64,000 nt of DNA from Oikopleura dioica (taxonomy: Eukaryota > Animalia > Chordata), in contig OU015566.1 in NCBI GenBank assembly GCA_907165135.1, positions 310,001-374,000 of the forward strand, written 5' to 3'. A model generated the notes under the pieces. That model made no database searches. It saw only the letters and a list, made by a program, of their open reading frames with translations, and was not told the origin of the DNA. Below are positions 23,601 through 35,700 of this stretch, piece after piece. A program made the position numbers and the translations under genes. How positions within the stretch are numbered: position 1 is the stretch's first letter; each line of letters opens with the position of its first letter.

Positions 23601-25907
23601 GGTTGGCGGGGCCCAACTCTCGCTCTTGTTAAGAACTCTTTCCTAGGTCATGGTTTGGTCGATTGAGAGTCGATTGGTTTCGGACCGGGCGACGCTGGGC
23701 GGCGCGGGGCGGCGCAGGGCGGCGCAAGGCGGCGCAGGGCGGCACAATTCAGTACCCCCCAAAATTTAGGTTACAATATTTTTTTTCTTGCTGTTTCTGA
23801 AAGCTCTAACCCTAATTTAGTGAAGCGTCTCTCAGTTTTCTCAATTTCCAAAAAATGATTATAAAACAGAGACGATCAAAAAATGTATGATTTCGGAAAT
23901 TTCAATGATGTTAATTGCACTAAGGGCATAACCCAAACCCATTTTGTCGGGTATTTACAGAAAGCTTAGCTCATAGGTTTTCTAAAAAAAGGCCACATGC
24001 GACCCCTGGGGGGTGTAGGGCGGCAACATTCTGCAGCAGAACGGCGTTCTGCAAATGCAGAATGGCGTTCTGTAAATCAGAGTTCAAAAACACGCGGATT
24101 TTGAAAATTGTTGCGCACGCGCACGCACGCGCACGCGAAGATTGGGATCGCGCACGCGTGCGTGATCGTGCGCGTGCTCAAAATCCTAGAAAATTTGGCG
24201 TTTTTAGGTAATTTTTGCCGAGATAATTTCCAGAGTGGATTCAAATACATAAAATTTTTGGTTTTCGTATGTTGTAAAACAATTTTGATTTGTTTTTAGC
24301 AATAATTGATCTATAATTAACGATTTCAAAAATTTGAGAGGCTAAAAAAAGCTAAAATTCGACAATTCTATCCCTTTTTGCGCACGCGCTTGATCACGCA
24401 CGCGTGTGCACGCGTGTTCGAAAGTCGTTTCCGCACGCGCACGCACGCGCACGCGAAATTTTAAATTTCTCCGCACGCGCACGCACGCGCACGCGAGAAT
24501 TTTGCGTTTTTTGGAACTCTGCTGTAAATACAGAACGGCGTTTTGCACTCAAAAAATATATGCGCTTCGCGCGTGTCTTAAAGGAAATCTCAGAATTTCT
24601 AAAATCAGGAGTTACTCTTTAAGCTAAGCTGAATGCGTTTAAGGAGGGGGTCGATCGGGATTTCCGTGACCAAAAATGCGGGAAAACCTGATCAGATAGG
24701 CAAAATCTGAATTTACTGGCAAAAAGAAAAGGGTTGAAAAAATTAACCGGCGAAAAGTAGAATAAAATTTGGCCGGAAAAACTCGGTCAAAAATGCCGTC
24801 AAAGTAGGGGCATTTTCGCGAAAAAGCACCAAAAATAGTCATTTTTTTTATATTTTTCTTAATTTCACCCCCTAAATCTTATTTTTATCAAATGATTTTA
24901 GGCTCAACAGATTCAGGAGGATCTGAGGATTCCAAAAATATAAGATTCATACACAGACCATGTGTATACGCGAAATTACGATCACCTCTGAAAAAATTCT
25001 CGTCGAATGCATTTGCAGAACGCCGTTCTGGCAGAACGTGGCCGCCCGTCACCCCCCTGGGCAACAATAAAAAAGGGTTGACTCTTAAATATTTATGAAG
25101 ATGCAGCGAAATTGCACACTTCAAGGTCGATTTAAGACACTTTTTTTTACAAGAATTGAAAAAAGCTAGAGACCTTTTTTGCAGCTTTTTCATGAGGAAT
25201 TAAGATCTGAAGAGAAAAAAAATTAATTTGCAAAATTGAAAAATCGTGGGGGACCCCCTTTAACGGGCTCTCGAAAAACACTTATTTTCAAAAAATCTAA
25301 TTCCTCTAGGGGGGAAATTAAGAAAATTAGAAGAAACCATTCTGAGGAGCGCACTCACTTAGACTTCTCTCTCACTTAGACTCGCGCTCATTTTAACTCG
25401 TCGCTCGTTTTTTTGACCGTTTTTTTTTCGGCCAAATTTTTTTCTTTTTCAGAAAGAATAAAAAAATGAGAATTTTTCTATCAAAGATTCTACAGGAGTA
25501 CTGAAATATGAAAGAAAGATTACCTGGAAAAATATTATATATAACGTAAGTTATGAATTCTGGCGAAGCGGCGCGAAAATTCGCTGGAGAGAGTGGAAAT
25601 CGTGGAGAGTAATAGCCTGCAGAATTGCCGTTACCGCCGTGGTAATAGACTTTAATATCGCGAGTCTGGATAACCTCTAAAAATTGGTGAAGTCTTTCTT
25701 TTCGCAAAGCCAAAGAGTCTCCAGGATCGATTCTTCGATTGATTTGATTTAAGTTATAACTTCGATAATTGCTTATTAAAAAGTTATTTAAATCAATTTA
25801 CTGAATTTCTTCCATATTTTGTCCAATTCACACAAATCGCCGCTAACGACAACTTTCGGAAAACATTCGTTAATCGGCGCGCGATAAAGTTGAACAGCCT
25901 CTTGCAT
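20687..25907 (-). CDS. Uncharacterised tail-anchored protein, paralogue P1 of a three-member family
   Basis: Exons ~25907-25800, 25732-25524, 21119-20962, 20891-20837, 20793-20687. Peptide ...RKERLHQFLEVIQTRDIKV...FPLSPANFRAASPEFITYVIYNIFPG|SQTTAFIFCCPCCHSTDQRLYQFPVEKDFCG...WNETTPPSPEDQMIMEV|TGWTQEQLYSGMKEYTKG|V...ILLIGLLLFFGLMVVFLRFLNGH*. Homologous to P2 and P3. The start codon and intron 1 boundaries are uncertain. Confidence 0.82.
21151..21700. mobile_element. piggyBac-like MITE in P1 intron 2
   Basis: TTAA|CCGCGTGGGACGAAT ... ATTCGTCCCACGCGG|TTAA. Confidence 0.8.
21705..22267. mobile_element. Kolobok-like MITE sharing a TTAA with the previous element
   Basis: TTAA|GGGGGTGGTGGTCGAGAA ... 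TTCTCTACCACCACCCTC|TTAA. Confidence 0.7.
23057..25259. mobile_element. Kolobok-like element with nested MITEs
   Basis: TTAA|AGGGGTCCCCAACGATTTTT ... AAAAATCGTGGGGGACCCCCT|TTAA. It contains a GGG-type element (~24011-25054) and an hAT MITE. Confidence 0.65.
24078..24521. mobile_element. hAT-like MITE (CAGAGTTC TIR, GCACGC-repeat subfamily)
   Basis: Perfect 8-bp TSD CTGTAAAT. The uninterrupted host element is seen at 50932-51192. Confidence 0.85.
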
Positions 25908-26029
25908 AGACCGATTCAGAGTTGGAAATGTATCGAAATGTAGTTTCTTTTTGCAATGTTTATTCGAACCCCGCAATCATATCACTTTTTAACCCTTTTT
26001 CTGGATAAGGGTAATCTCTTTAAGGTTAA

Positions 26030-26464
26030 CTTCTCAATGCACGTGGTCCAATCATTGGACCACGGCGACTTTGACCCCCTGTAATTCCCGTTGTAGTTAT
26101 CTGTTTGACCTGAATTTTGTAATGTGAGCTGACAAGACAAAAACGAACCACTCTGTGAAGTTTCGAATGAAAACTCAAAAGTGGTGGCGTTTTGCACCAG
26201 ATTTCTCTTTCGTTCTCTGGTGAAAAATCGGAACGGATTTTTCGATTTACAATTGTTTATTTTTATAGAAGAGGGTTCAAGCTTTCTAGCTATATATTCA
26301 CGAGCTTTTTTACTTGACGGAGACGTCAATTCGAGCCAAAAGTCCTGAGCGCTGTTTTTCACACTCTGAATTTGGCGCGCCGCGCGGGGCTGGATAATGC
26401 ATTGTGGTCCAATAATTGGACCCCGTGTTTTGAGCGCTTAGTCGCGCGCCCGTGTATTGAGAAG
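26030..26464. mobile_element. TTAA-specific (piggyBac-like) MITE
   Basis: TTAA|CTTCTCAATGCACG ... CGTGTATTGAGAAG|TTAA. Confidence 0.7.
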
Positions 26465-26513
26465 TTAATGGTATACATCGGCGCGGCGCTGCTCGCTCGA
26501 TCAGCGCTCCGCC

Positions 26514-26969
26514 CAGAGTTCGAAATTTGTTGGCAGTACTGCCACGACTGCCACTGGCAGCTGCCAATTTCGGCAGTCACTTTGCAGTGGCAGTTACATT
26601 TTTCAAGTGCTGGCAGTTACTGGCAGCTGCCAACCGACTGCCACTTCGAAAGATATTAATTTCTTTCTAAAGTTTTCTTTCTAGAACCACAAAAAACAAC
26701 GCTTATGATTCAAATTCGCTCCCGAAACCTGTATTATTCAATTTTTTTAATCAGAAGATACATTTAAATCTCAGATATTGTCTCTTTTATATGTTTAACT
26801 TGTCGAAAAGACTGTTTTGAACTTAGTTTAACGACTTTAAAAATTTTTAAAAATAGTATCGAAATCGGCAGTATTTGGCAGTCACTTAGCAGTGGCAGTC
26901 GCCATTTAAAAAAAGTTGGCAGTCGCTTGGCAGTCGCAGTCGCCATTTTCTTTCAGATTTCGAACTCTG
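26514..26969. mobile_element. hAT-like MITE (GGCAGT subfamily)
   Basis: Perfect TSD GCTCCGCC. Near-identical inverted copy at 40434-40886. Confidence 0.9.
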
Positions 26970-27248
26970 GCTCCGCCAGAACCTATTTCTCACGAAGCCG
27001 TAAAATCTGAACGAATAAAGATTTTTTCAAAATTCAAAAAGGTTCTGAATAATCAAAGTCACTTCTATTAACACAGCAAAAATGATAATGATTGTCAAAG
27101 AGGAACTATATGAAAATTGCCACTTTCCTTCAAACGACATTTTCTTCGATATTTCTCATCCAAAATTTTTGAAAATTAGACTGTCTTGTAGAGAATCGTC
27201 AGCTCTACAAATCCTGTTTTTCAGATTATTGTTTTAAGCTCTTCGGAT

Positions 27249-27796
27249 CAGGGATGTAAATCACCCCACCATTTTCACCCCACCACAGCAAAATGGTGGG
27301 GTGGTCGGTGGTGAAAAAAATCACCCCACCACCACCACTGAAAATGGTGATAGTGAAAAATCACCCCACCACCACCACTGAAAATGGTGATGGTGAAAAA
27401 TCACCCCACCACCACCACTGAAAATGGTGAAGAATTTCCCCACAGTAACCATTTTCGACGTGATAAATTTATCATCAAAGCCTATTTTTCAATAAAAAAG
27501 GGCCAGGTATCATTTTTCGAGTACCGCTATCACGATTTTATTTATTATTTTCACTTTTGGAGAATATTTTTAGATAATTTTGCCAATAGATTTACCACCC
27601 CACAACCACCATTTGAGTGGTAAAAAATCACCCCACCACCACCACTCAAAAAGGGTGGTGGTGAAAAATCACCCCACCACCACCACTGAAAATGGTGGTT
27701 GGTGAAAAATCACACCACCACCACCACTGAAAAAAGGTGGTGGTGGAAAATCACCCCGCCACAGTGGTGGGGTGGTTGTGGTGATTTACATCCCTG
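27249..27796. mobile_element. hAT-like MITE (CAGGGATGTAAATC TIR)
   Basis: Perfect TSD CTTCGGAT; same length as 9885-10432. Confidence 0.9.
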
Positions 27797-29371
27797 CTTC
27801 GGATATTAATATGCGACCTTGAAGTCAGCGCTGTGAGGTCGTGGCGTGAAAAATAGAGCGGAGAGGCGCGAGAAGAAGTAGCGCTCTTTACGAATCGCGA
27901 TGTAAGATTAATGAAAGCTTAAAACAAAAATCTGAAAAACAGGATTTTTAGAGCTGACGATTCTCTACCAGACAGTCTAATTTTCAAAAATTTTGGATGA
28001 GAAATATCGAAGAAAATGTCGTTTGAAGGAAAGTGGCAATTTTCAGATAGTTCCTCTTTGAAAATCATTATCATTTTTGCTGTGTTAATAGAAGTGACTT
28101 TGATTATTCAGAATCTTTTTGAATTTTGAAAAAATCTTCATCTGTTCAGATTTTACGGCTTCGTGAGAAATAGGTTCTGGCGGAGCGCGGGTCGAGCGAG
28201 CAGCGCCGCGCCGATGTATACCATTACCCTTAAGAAAAAAAAACTATAAAGTAAGCGTTTTTTATTTTTCTGTGCGCAGATTAGATTCTAATTTAAATTA
28301 TCGAATTTCAGAAAAAATTTTAAATGGGGAGCAAATTTGGAGCTCCCAATTTACTCCAAGCCCCGGAATTCCGGGCTCCTGCAGCAGAAAAAAGGTGAAA
28401 CTATTTCCACAGAGTGTCCCCTTTAATATTGACCAAATGCTCTCTGATTGGCTTTTATTTTTGAAGCCCCAGTGGAGGGCGCTCTCCGAGGAGCGAGCCA
28501 ATCAGAGAGCCCTGAGTATTCCTTTTGTAATATTTAATATAATATTTAATTTAATATAATTTAATTTAATATAATATTTAATTTGTTTGATATACAAATT
28601 CCTACATTTTAACCTATTTCCGGGCAAGAACCGCGACGAACCGGAAGCACAACCGGTTGGTCAAAAAAAATACCACACCATTTTGATCAGTAATTAATAA
28701 GCTTCAATTTGAGCTATAAAACATCATCATAGCATGCTTATATCAGAAGTTGATAATATTGGATTTTCGTATCTGGCTGCTTGCGTCAACTTTGGAGCTC
28801 TAGAATCATATGAAGGAAGCACTCCGCAATAATAAATTTCATATGTTTCGATGCATCTTGCGCTTATCTTTCACATGGTAGGCATCAAATTATCAAAATC
28901 GATCTAGCACGCACTCAAAAGCCGCTTCTAATCAAACTAGTGCTTTTTTTCTCGCTAAAAATCCCCCAAAAAAAGAGGTAAGATGACTCATATCGAAAAT
29001 TCTGTAAGTGCAGTTTTTCAAGGCTTGTCTTGATGCATATGTTCTGAAAGTATGGGGAGATTTTTCAAAAGAACCTTGAAAATCGAAAAACACCGCGGTA
29101 AGCCTAGTAATACTTTTCCAACTCTGGACTGCGTCGTTTGGTGGCTCATATTTTGTAACTGATTACCTAGTACCGTTTTATCCACTTTAAAAATAAATGT
29201 TCTAGAGAAATCAAACTTTCCGCAGAAAATAACGGTTACCTTCTTGCAATGCCTGATTGGAAATCATTGATTGCTTATTCGAAATTTCACTTCTACATAT
29301 ACAGTTACAGTTATTTTCCTCTTTTGTGGACATTTTTTGTCCTAAAATTTCATAAAAATGTCCACAAAAGT

Positions 29372-29631
29372 GGGGAGACGGACGGTGCCGGTACCAAATT
29401 GGTACCCGGTACCAAAAAATTGGTACCCGGTACCAAAGTCAAACATTATTTCTGACTCGTCAAAAAACTAATGTCCGCTCCGCGGCTGAAGTGTAAGAAA
29501 ACTTCATTTATTGACCGAATACACCTTTTAAAATCAATTTTGGCTCGGTATCCTGACAATTTTTGGTACAGGGTACCAGAAATTTGGTACCGGGTACCAA
29601 TTTTGGATTGGTACCGGCACCGTCCGTCCCC
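29372..29631. mobile_element. GGGG-terminus MITE with GGTACC repeats
   Basis: GGGGAGACGGACGGTGCCGGTACC ... GGTACCGGCACCGTCCGTCCCC; flanks ACAAAAGT / GCAAAAGT. Confidence 0.75.
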
Positions 29632-30716
29632 GCAAAAGTGGGCAACAGTCTTCCAAAAAATGTCCCGCCGTAGGGGCTCAAAATTTTTTCTTCGATAAAT
29701 TTTTCGTCGAAAAATGGCAAATTTCATCATCGAAACGTATTTTTTACCTTTTTTTACCATTTTTGGTCAATTAAACAGTAAAAGCCATTGATTTCTTATA
29801 AAAAGATCCTGATTTTTGAAAAAAACACCCTATTTTTTCCTTTTAAATTTTCTCGGTTGACAAATGCGCACAAAAATGGAACATTATTCTTGCAAATATG
29901 TCCCAGAAAAACCCTCCCCCCGTCAACAATTTTCGAAAAATTTATTCGGAATTTCATAATTTTGACCCCGGAAATGGATTCTACAGGTCAAAAAACGATT
30001 TTGAGGCTTTATTTTTTGGGGGTCTATCTCGACTCTAACACCCTCAAAATCGCGTTTGAAAATCGGACTTTTTGACGAAAAATGACGAAAAAATCCCAAT
30101 TTTGCTATAATTTTAGATTTTTATGGGTCAAGAAGTGCTCCGAGCAAGTTTTTATGGTAAATTGAACTTCCAGGGACGCTAAGAAGCCAAAATATGGCTT
30201 TTTTGAAATTTTCGATTTTTCGAGGAAAATTGTTGACGGGGGTCCTTCAAGAAATATTTTCATTAGAAAAATCGCGTTCAAAAATGACGCAAAATGATGA
30301 TTTTCACGGACATGACTTGAAGTTGAGCTCTCTATGGCCAAACTTCCTTAATCATTTTTTCTGAAAAAATTTTAACTCTAGTTTAAGGCCAAATCTATAA
30401 GTAGAAGAAGAGTTTATAAAAATTTTCTTACCCATCTGAGCCAGAGGGCTGTTTGAAAATGGTCAATTTTCTGAAAACCGCCCGGTACCTCCTTTAAAGA
30501 TTTTTATTTACATAATGTTTCAAAATTAATAAATATTGTTTGTCTCTAGAACACATTTATAAAGATGTTTTTTCGTATTTAAATACATCAGTTTTGTATT
30601 TTTAGTGTCAGCTAAGGTAAAAATCAAGTTTTTGTCGTGCGAATAATAATTTTTGAAGGCAAGTTTCTTTGTTTTCTTATAAAAACTCTTATTCATATAC
30701 ACTAAAAAGTCTTACC

Positions 30717-31969
30717 CAGAGTTCGAAATTTGTTTGCAGTACTGCCACGATTGCCACTTGCAGCTGCCAATTTTGGCAGTCACTTGGCAGTAGCAGTTAC
30801 ATTTTTCAAGGACTGGCAATTACTGGCAGCTGCCAATCTACTGCCACTTCGAAATTTATTGATTTTTTCTCAAATGATAAAGAATATAACGATTATAATC
30901 AAATTTTGCTACCGAGACATATTAAATTTCATTTTTCTCATCAAAAGAGACATTTTGATATCGGATTATGCTTCTGTTATATGGCCAATTCGTCAAAACG
31001 ACTGTTTTGAACTTAGTTTGACTTTAAAAATCTTTATAAATAGACTATTTACTATTTAAAATAGTATCGAAACCCGCAGTTTTTGGCGGTCAACTAGCAG
31101 CTTCCGATTTTCGCAGTCAATCGGCACTGCCGATTCGGCAGTGGCAGTTGCAATTTAAGGGTAAAACATGAAATCGGCGCGGCGTGGCTGCCCGTTCAGT
31201 GCCCCGCCGTGACCTATTTTTCAGAGGTCCGTTTAATCTGAACGGAGAAAGTATTTTCATAATTCTTTTTGCGTTAAGATCATCAAAGCCTGCACTTTCA
31301 TAAAGACAATTTTGAAAGAATCGTGAGCGTAGAAGTATGAAAAAATGGGATGACTTGCTCAAAGTCTATCTCCTCCCACAATTTTCGTCCGATCTTTCCC
31401 AAATTAGAACCATTTTGTAGAGCTCCGTCTACTCTACAAATTCATAGACTAACTTTTTAAATTTTAATTTTAAAGATTTTAGACGGAGCTTTGAAATGAG
31501 CGCTATCACTCCGCGGCCGCCTTTTTCACACGCTGCGCTCCTGCTAATGTCTTTTTCGAGGGAGCGCTCATTTCCAAGCTCCGTCTAAAGATCTATAAGA
31601 TAAAAATTTAAAAGAAAGTCTACGAATTTGTAGAGTAGACGGCGCTCTACAAAATGGTTCTAATTTGGGAAAAATCGGACGAAAATTGTGGGAGGAGATA
31701 GACTTTGAGCAAGTCATCCCATTTTTTCATACTTCTACGCTCACAATTCTTTCAAAATTGTCCTTATGAAAGTGCAGGCCTTGATGATCATAACGCAAAA
31801 AATTATGAAAATACTTTCTTCGTTCAGATTTGACAGGTCTCTGAAAAATAGGTCACGGCGGGGCCCTGAAGGGCAGCCGCGCCGCGCCGATTTCATGTTT
31901 TACCCTTAAATAAGGCTGGAAGTCACTTGGCAGTGGAAGTCGCCATTATTTTTCAGATTTCGAACTCTG
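30717..31969. mobile_element. hAT-like MITE (GGCAGT subfamily) interrupted by a foldback element
   Basis: CAGAGTTCGAAAT ... TTTCGAACTCTG; flanks GTCTTACC / GTCTTATC. Confidence 0.75.
31159..31905. mobile_element. Kolobok-like foldback MITE
   Basis: TTAA|GGGTAAAACATGAAATCGGCGCGG ... CCGATTTCATGTTTTACCC|TTAA; arms ~340 bp, nearly palindromic. Confidence 0.85.
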
Positions 31970-32772
31970 GTCTTATCACCGGCAAATTGAAAACTAATTT
32001 TATAAGGTCTCAGTAGCGGAAGTCTGAACTGACTTCAGATTTTGGCATAAAATCACCAATTTATTAAGCACTCGACGGGCCAGAGGCCCTTACGTGCGCA
32101 TTTTCTGACAGAGAACTCATTGGTTTTTTCGTTCACGTTCAAAGATCGTCTGTTTTAGAGCTTATCAGTGCTCGTTAGCCCCAAAAAATCTAGTTTGACT
32201 TTAAAAATTTCGCGACAAGAATTTTTTCGGATTTCGAGTGAACAGTGATCAGTTCTTTTAAATCGCTGTTCACCGAGTGAAATTCACTCTACTGTAGACT
32301 CTGTAGAGTGAACAGTGAACAGGGGTTTTCGGCGGATTTCGAACCCTGTGCCGAGCTCTTGCTCTTATTTCGAGCCATTGGTTCGGTTAGGCGGCGCTAT
32401 TCAATATCCTCGAAATTTCTGAATCATCAAAGAAAGGGTCTGTTTGCCCTTCGAAAACGTCTCTTCTGAAAAGATCTTCGGATAATATATTTTCATTTAG
32501 ATTTTGGGTCTCAAGAACGAGTTTGATGGAATAAATCTGTTTAAAATTATAAAAAACGAGGGTTATTGAACAGCGCCGCCCGGTCCGTTATAAACCAGGT
32601 CTCTTTTGACAAAATCATAATCAAACAAAACTGCGCTTTAGGAAGTTTGCGAATCAATTTTCAATCTTTTTGGTAAAAGTAATTTAAAAAAACAGGAAAT
32701 CTTTTACTGAAAATAATTTTGATCAAAAAAGGGGTCCTAAATAAAACATTTAGCTGTCAAGGTTGGCTTCTG

Positions 32773-35700
32773 ATGAAGCCAAATATGGTCGCTCCAGAAT
32801 CAACAAGTACGGAAAATGCTGGAGCAGATTCTGACAAAGTTGCAGAGGACGTATTGGAGCAAAATGCACCTCAAGTGAGTGGAATGGCGCCCGTTCAAGC
32901 TCATCCAGGTTATGGTCAACCTCAACCAGGAAAGAATTAAAAGTTTATTTTCCCGCTTATTTGGTCAGATAATACTATTGTTTACGATTAAATTCTTTAA
33001 TTCACTGACAAAAATTATATGATTCATAGATAAGTATAGGTTGTCTGTGATTCATAGTGATTTGAAATCACTGATTTCCCAAAAATTTTAGCGGTCTACT
33101 TTTTCGGTTTATCAAATTTAGCGCGCATATAAATATTATATTTTTAGAATCAACAAATCCTGACAAGTCTGTTGAAATCATTTGATAAAAATCGGTTGTA
33201 ATGGGTAAAATTGATGAATTTGTAAAAAATGACCATTTTTGGTGAATTTTCTCGAAAAGGGCCTTAATTTAAGCGGATTTTACCTGATATTTATTATTAT
33301 ATTTCTTTGGTAGAGTTTAACAACCCTTTAATTTTCCCGTAACAATTCGATTCTTCCTATCCAATCTTGTTTCCCGCTTTTTTGGTCAAGAGAAACCCCA
33401 TCGGTTACCCCGATATTTACGATAGGTTTTATAGAAGATTTTTTATAACTTCACAAAATCATTTCTCTATACTAAAGATAATAAATTTTATCTAAATCAT
33501 GTCGCAGATCGAGTCTTTATCAGCACAAATCGGCCGTATTTCCATAGAAATTCCCTGAAAATGGCCTTTATCGAAATTTTCGAATTTCAGCGCCTCCGAG
33601 TGGACGGTTTTGCTTGAGCAAATCATTTTTGTGTAGAATACCACTGTACTAGGGAATAGGAGATAGCACTCGAGCTTTCTTTAGAGCCTATATACGACGT
33701 ATATTATACGTAGGGTGGCGCGCGAAAAAATCAGCTGTTTGATGTCGTCATTCCGGTCGATGACGTCTTAAAATCATCAAAAACATACAGTTATCGGTCA
33801 ATATGTACTCTACGACTGTGATGACCAAAACATTTTCTTTTTGTTTCTGACTAAATTGAGTGCGCTCTTTCCAATGGTGAGCTTTGTTTTTCTCTACCTT
33901 GAGGCGCTCTGGAAATAGCTTTTTGGGTGCAAAAAATTGTACTTTCTGAGGTCACACAAACTAATTTTTTTCAGATTCGGAATTTTCAGCGTCAAAATTA
34001 TAAACAATTTTCAATGGAATTTTCGGACATCAAATTTTTGGACATTTTTGCGATTTTAAGGGCTTTTCTTGGGACATTTTTTCAAAACATTTTCTACGCC
34101 AAAATATTAAATTTTCAGTTTTTTTTATCAGATATGACGTTTTTTTGTCAAAAATCTTACTTTTTCTTTAAGAATAATAGAATTGAAGGTTGATCTCATA
34201 CCCCTAGAATATTTTTTGTCTTTGGAAGGAGGAGGAAAAAGAGGTTGATCAAGTTTTCATCAAAAAGAAAAATTTTAAGAGATTTGGATGGGACATTTTT
34301 TTGGGAGCGTGTATAAAATTTTTGGACATTTTTGAGAAAATCATGGGACAAAAAATGTCCAAAAATTCCATAATTAACTGTAATATAATTATATAATATA
34401 ATATAATTTAGGCTCGACACAATTTCAGGAGTTAAGAAGATTTAGAGTAACAAAACCTGGAGAAACCGAAATTTTCAAACCGATTTTTAGGGTGTTAAGG
34501 GCCTCCCGGCCCCCTCAAATCCCGGCGAAAACTCGGCTTATGGCCCGGGCTTTCTTTTGACCGAGTCAGATACCCTTAATTATGACTTTAACACCCTTAA
34601 AAATCGGTTTGAAAATTTCGGTTTCTCCAGGTTTTGTTACTCCAAATCTTCTTAACTCCTGAAATTGACTTTTGCCTATAATTTATATTAAATCCAAAAA
34701 TGATCCCTATACGATATATGATGCCAAAGTTGTTTTTTTCCGTGCCGGTTTTCAGTTGAAAATGGCCAAAACGGAGGAAGATCTCTTTAGTGATAAATAA
34801 TCACTGATAATAAAAATCGTTTTTTTGATAAAATGTCTTTGAGCTTCGTATTTACTGCTGAAGGGACTGTCTCGAATTTTCGCCTTAATAATCAGTCAGT
34901 TTCTAATATAAAATTCACAAAAAGGATACGCTCAGCCTCAGCCTGGTTACGCACCAGCTCCTCAGCCAGGCTATGCTCCAGCTCAGCAGCCAGGGTATGC
35001 CCCGGCGCCGCAACTTGGCTATGCTCCTCAACCTGGTTATGCCCCTGCTCCTCAAGTTGATGCTTATGGACAGCCTCTTCCTCAACAAGCTCCAGTTCCT
35101 CAACCTGGATATGGCTCAGCTCAGCCCATTCCTCAACAAGCGCCGATTACTCAACAAGCACCGGTACTTCAACCTGGCAATGTACCTGCTCCTCAATATG
35201 ATGCGTATGGGCAACCAATTCCTCAACAAGCACCAGTTCCTCAACCTGGATATGCACCTGCTCCTCAAGTCGATGCGTATGGGCAACCGATTCCTCAACA
35301 AGCACCTGTTCAGCCTGGCTATGCTCCTGCTCCTCAAGTCGATGCATACGGAAATCCGATCCAACAACAAGTAGCTCCTGTTCAACCAGTTCAACCAATT
35401 CCTCCTGTTGCTCCTCAAGTAAATCCTAATGGGCAGCCACTTCAGTCTTTGGTCACGAAAAAATAATTTGATATCAACAAAGATAAATCTTGGGCGTTAA
35501 GGGCGTCCCAAACGACTTTGTTAGAGTTTGAATTTTTTTAAAAAATTTAAGGATAAAAAAAGGAAGAAAAAGTCCGTAGAATTTAATAGTAAAGAATTTC
35601 GGTCTTTGAATCAAGGAAAAAGAAAAAAATCAGATTTTCATAGGACTGTTTATTTGAATCTCAACGTGCAAATTTTCAACAGTCAAGTTTTGACCAGTTA

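Larger units (their letters stand above)
26024..28229. mobile_element. Kolobok-like foldback element containing three nested MITEs
   Basis: TTAA flanks at 26020-23 and 28230-33; inverted arms (TGGTATACATCGGCGCGGCG...). Nested elements at 26030-26464, 26514-26969 and 27249-27796. Confidence 0.75.

Noticed and set aside
25982-26362. 126-aa minus-strand ORF upstream of P1, considered as its first exon
   Set aside because: It lies almost entirely inside the TTAA-flanked MITE 26030-26464 and does not phase with P1.
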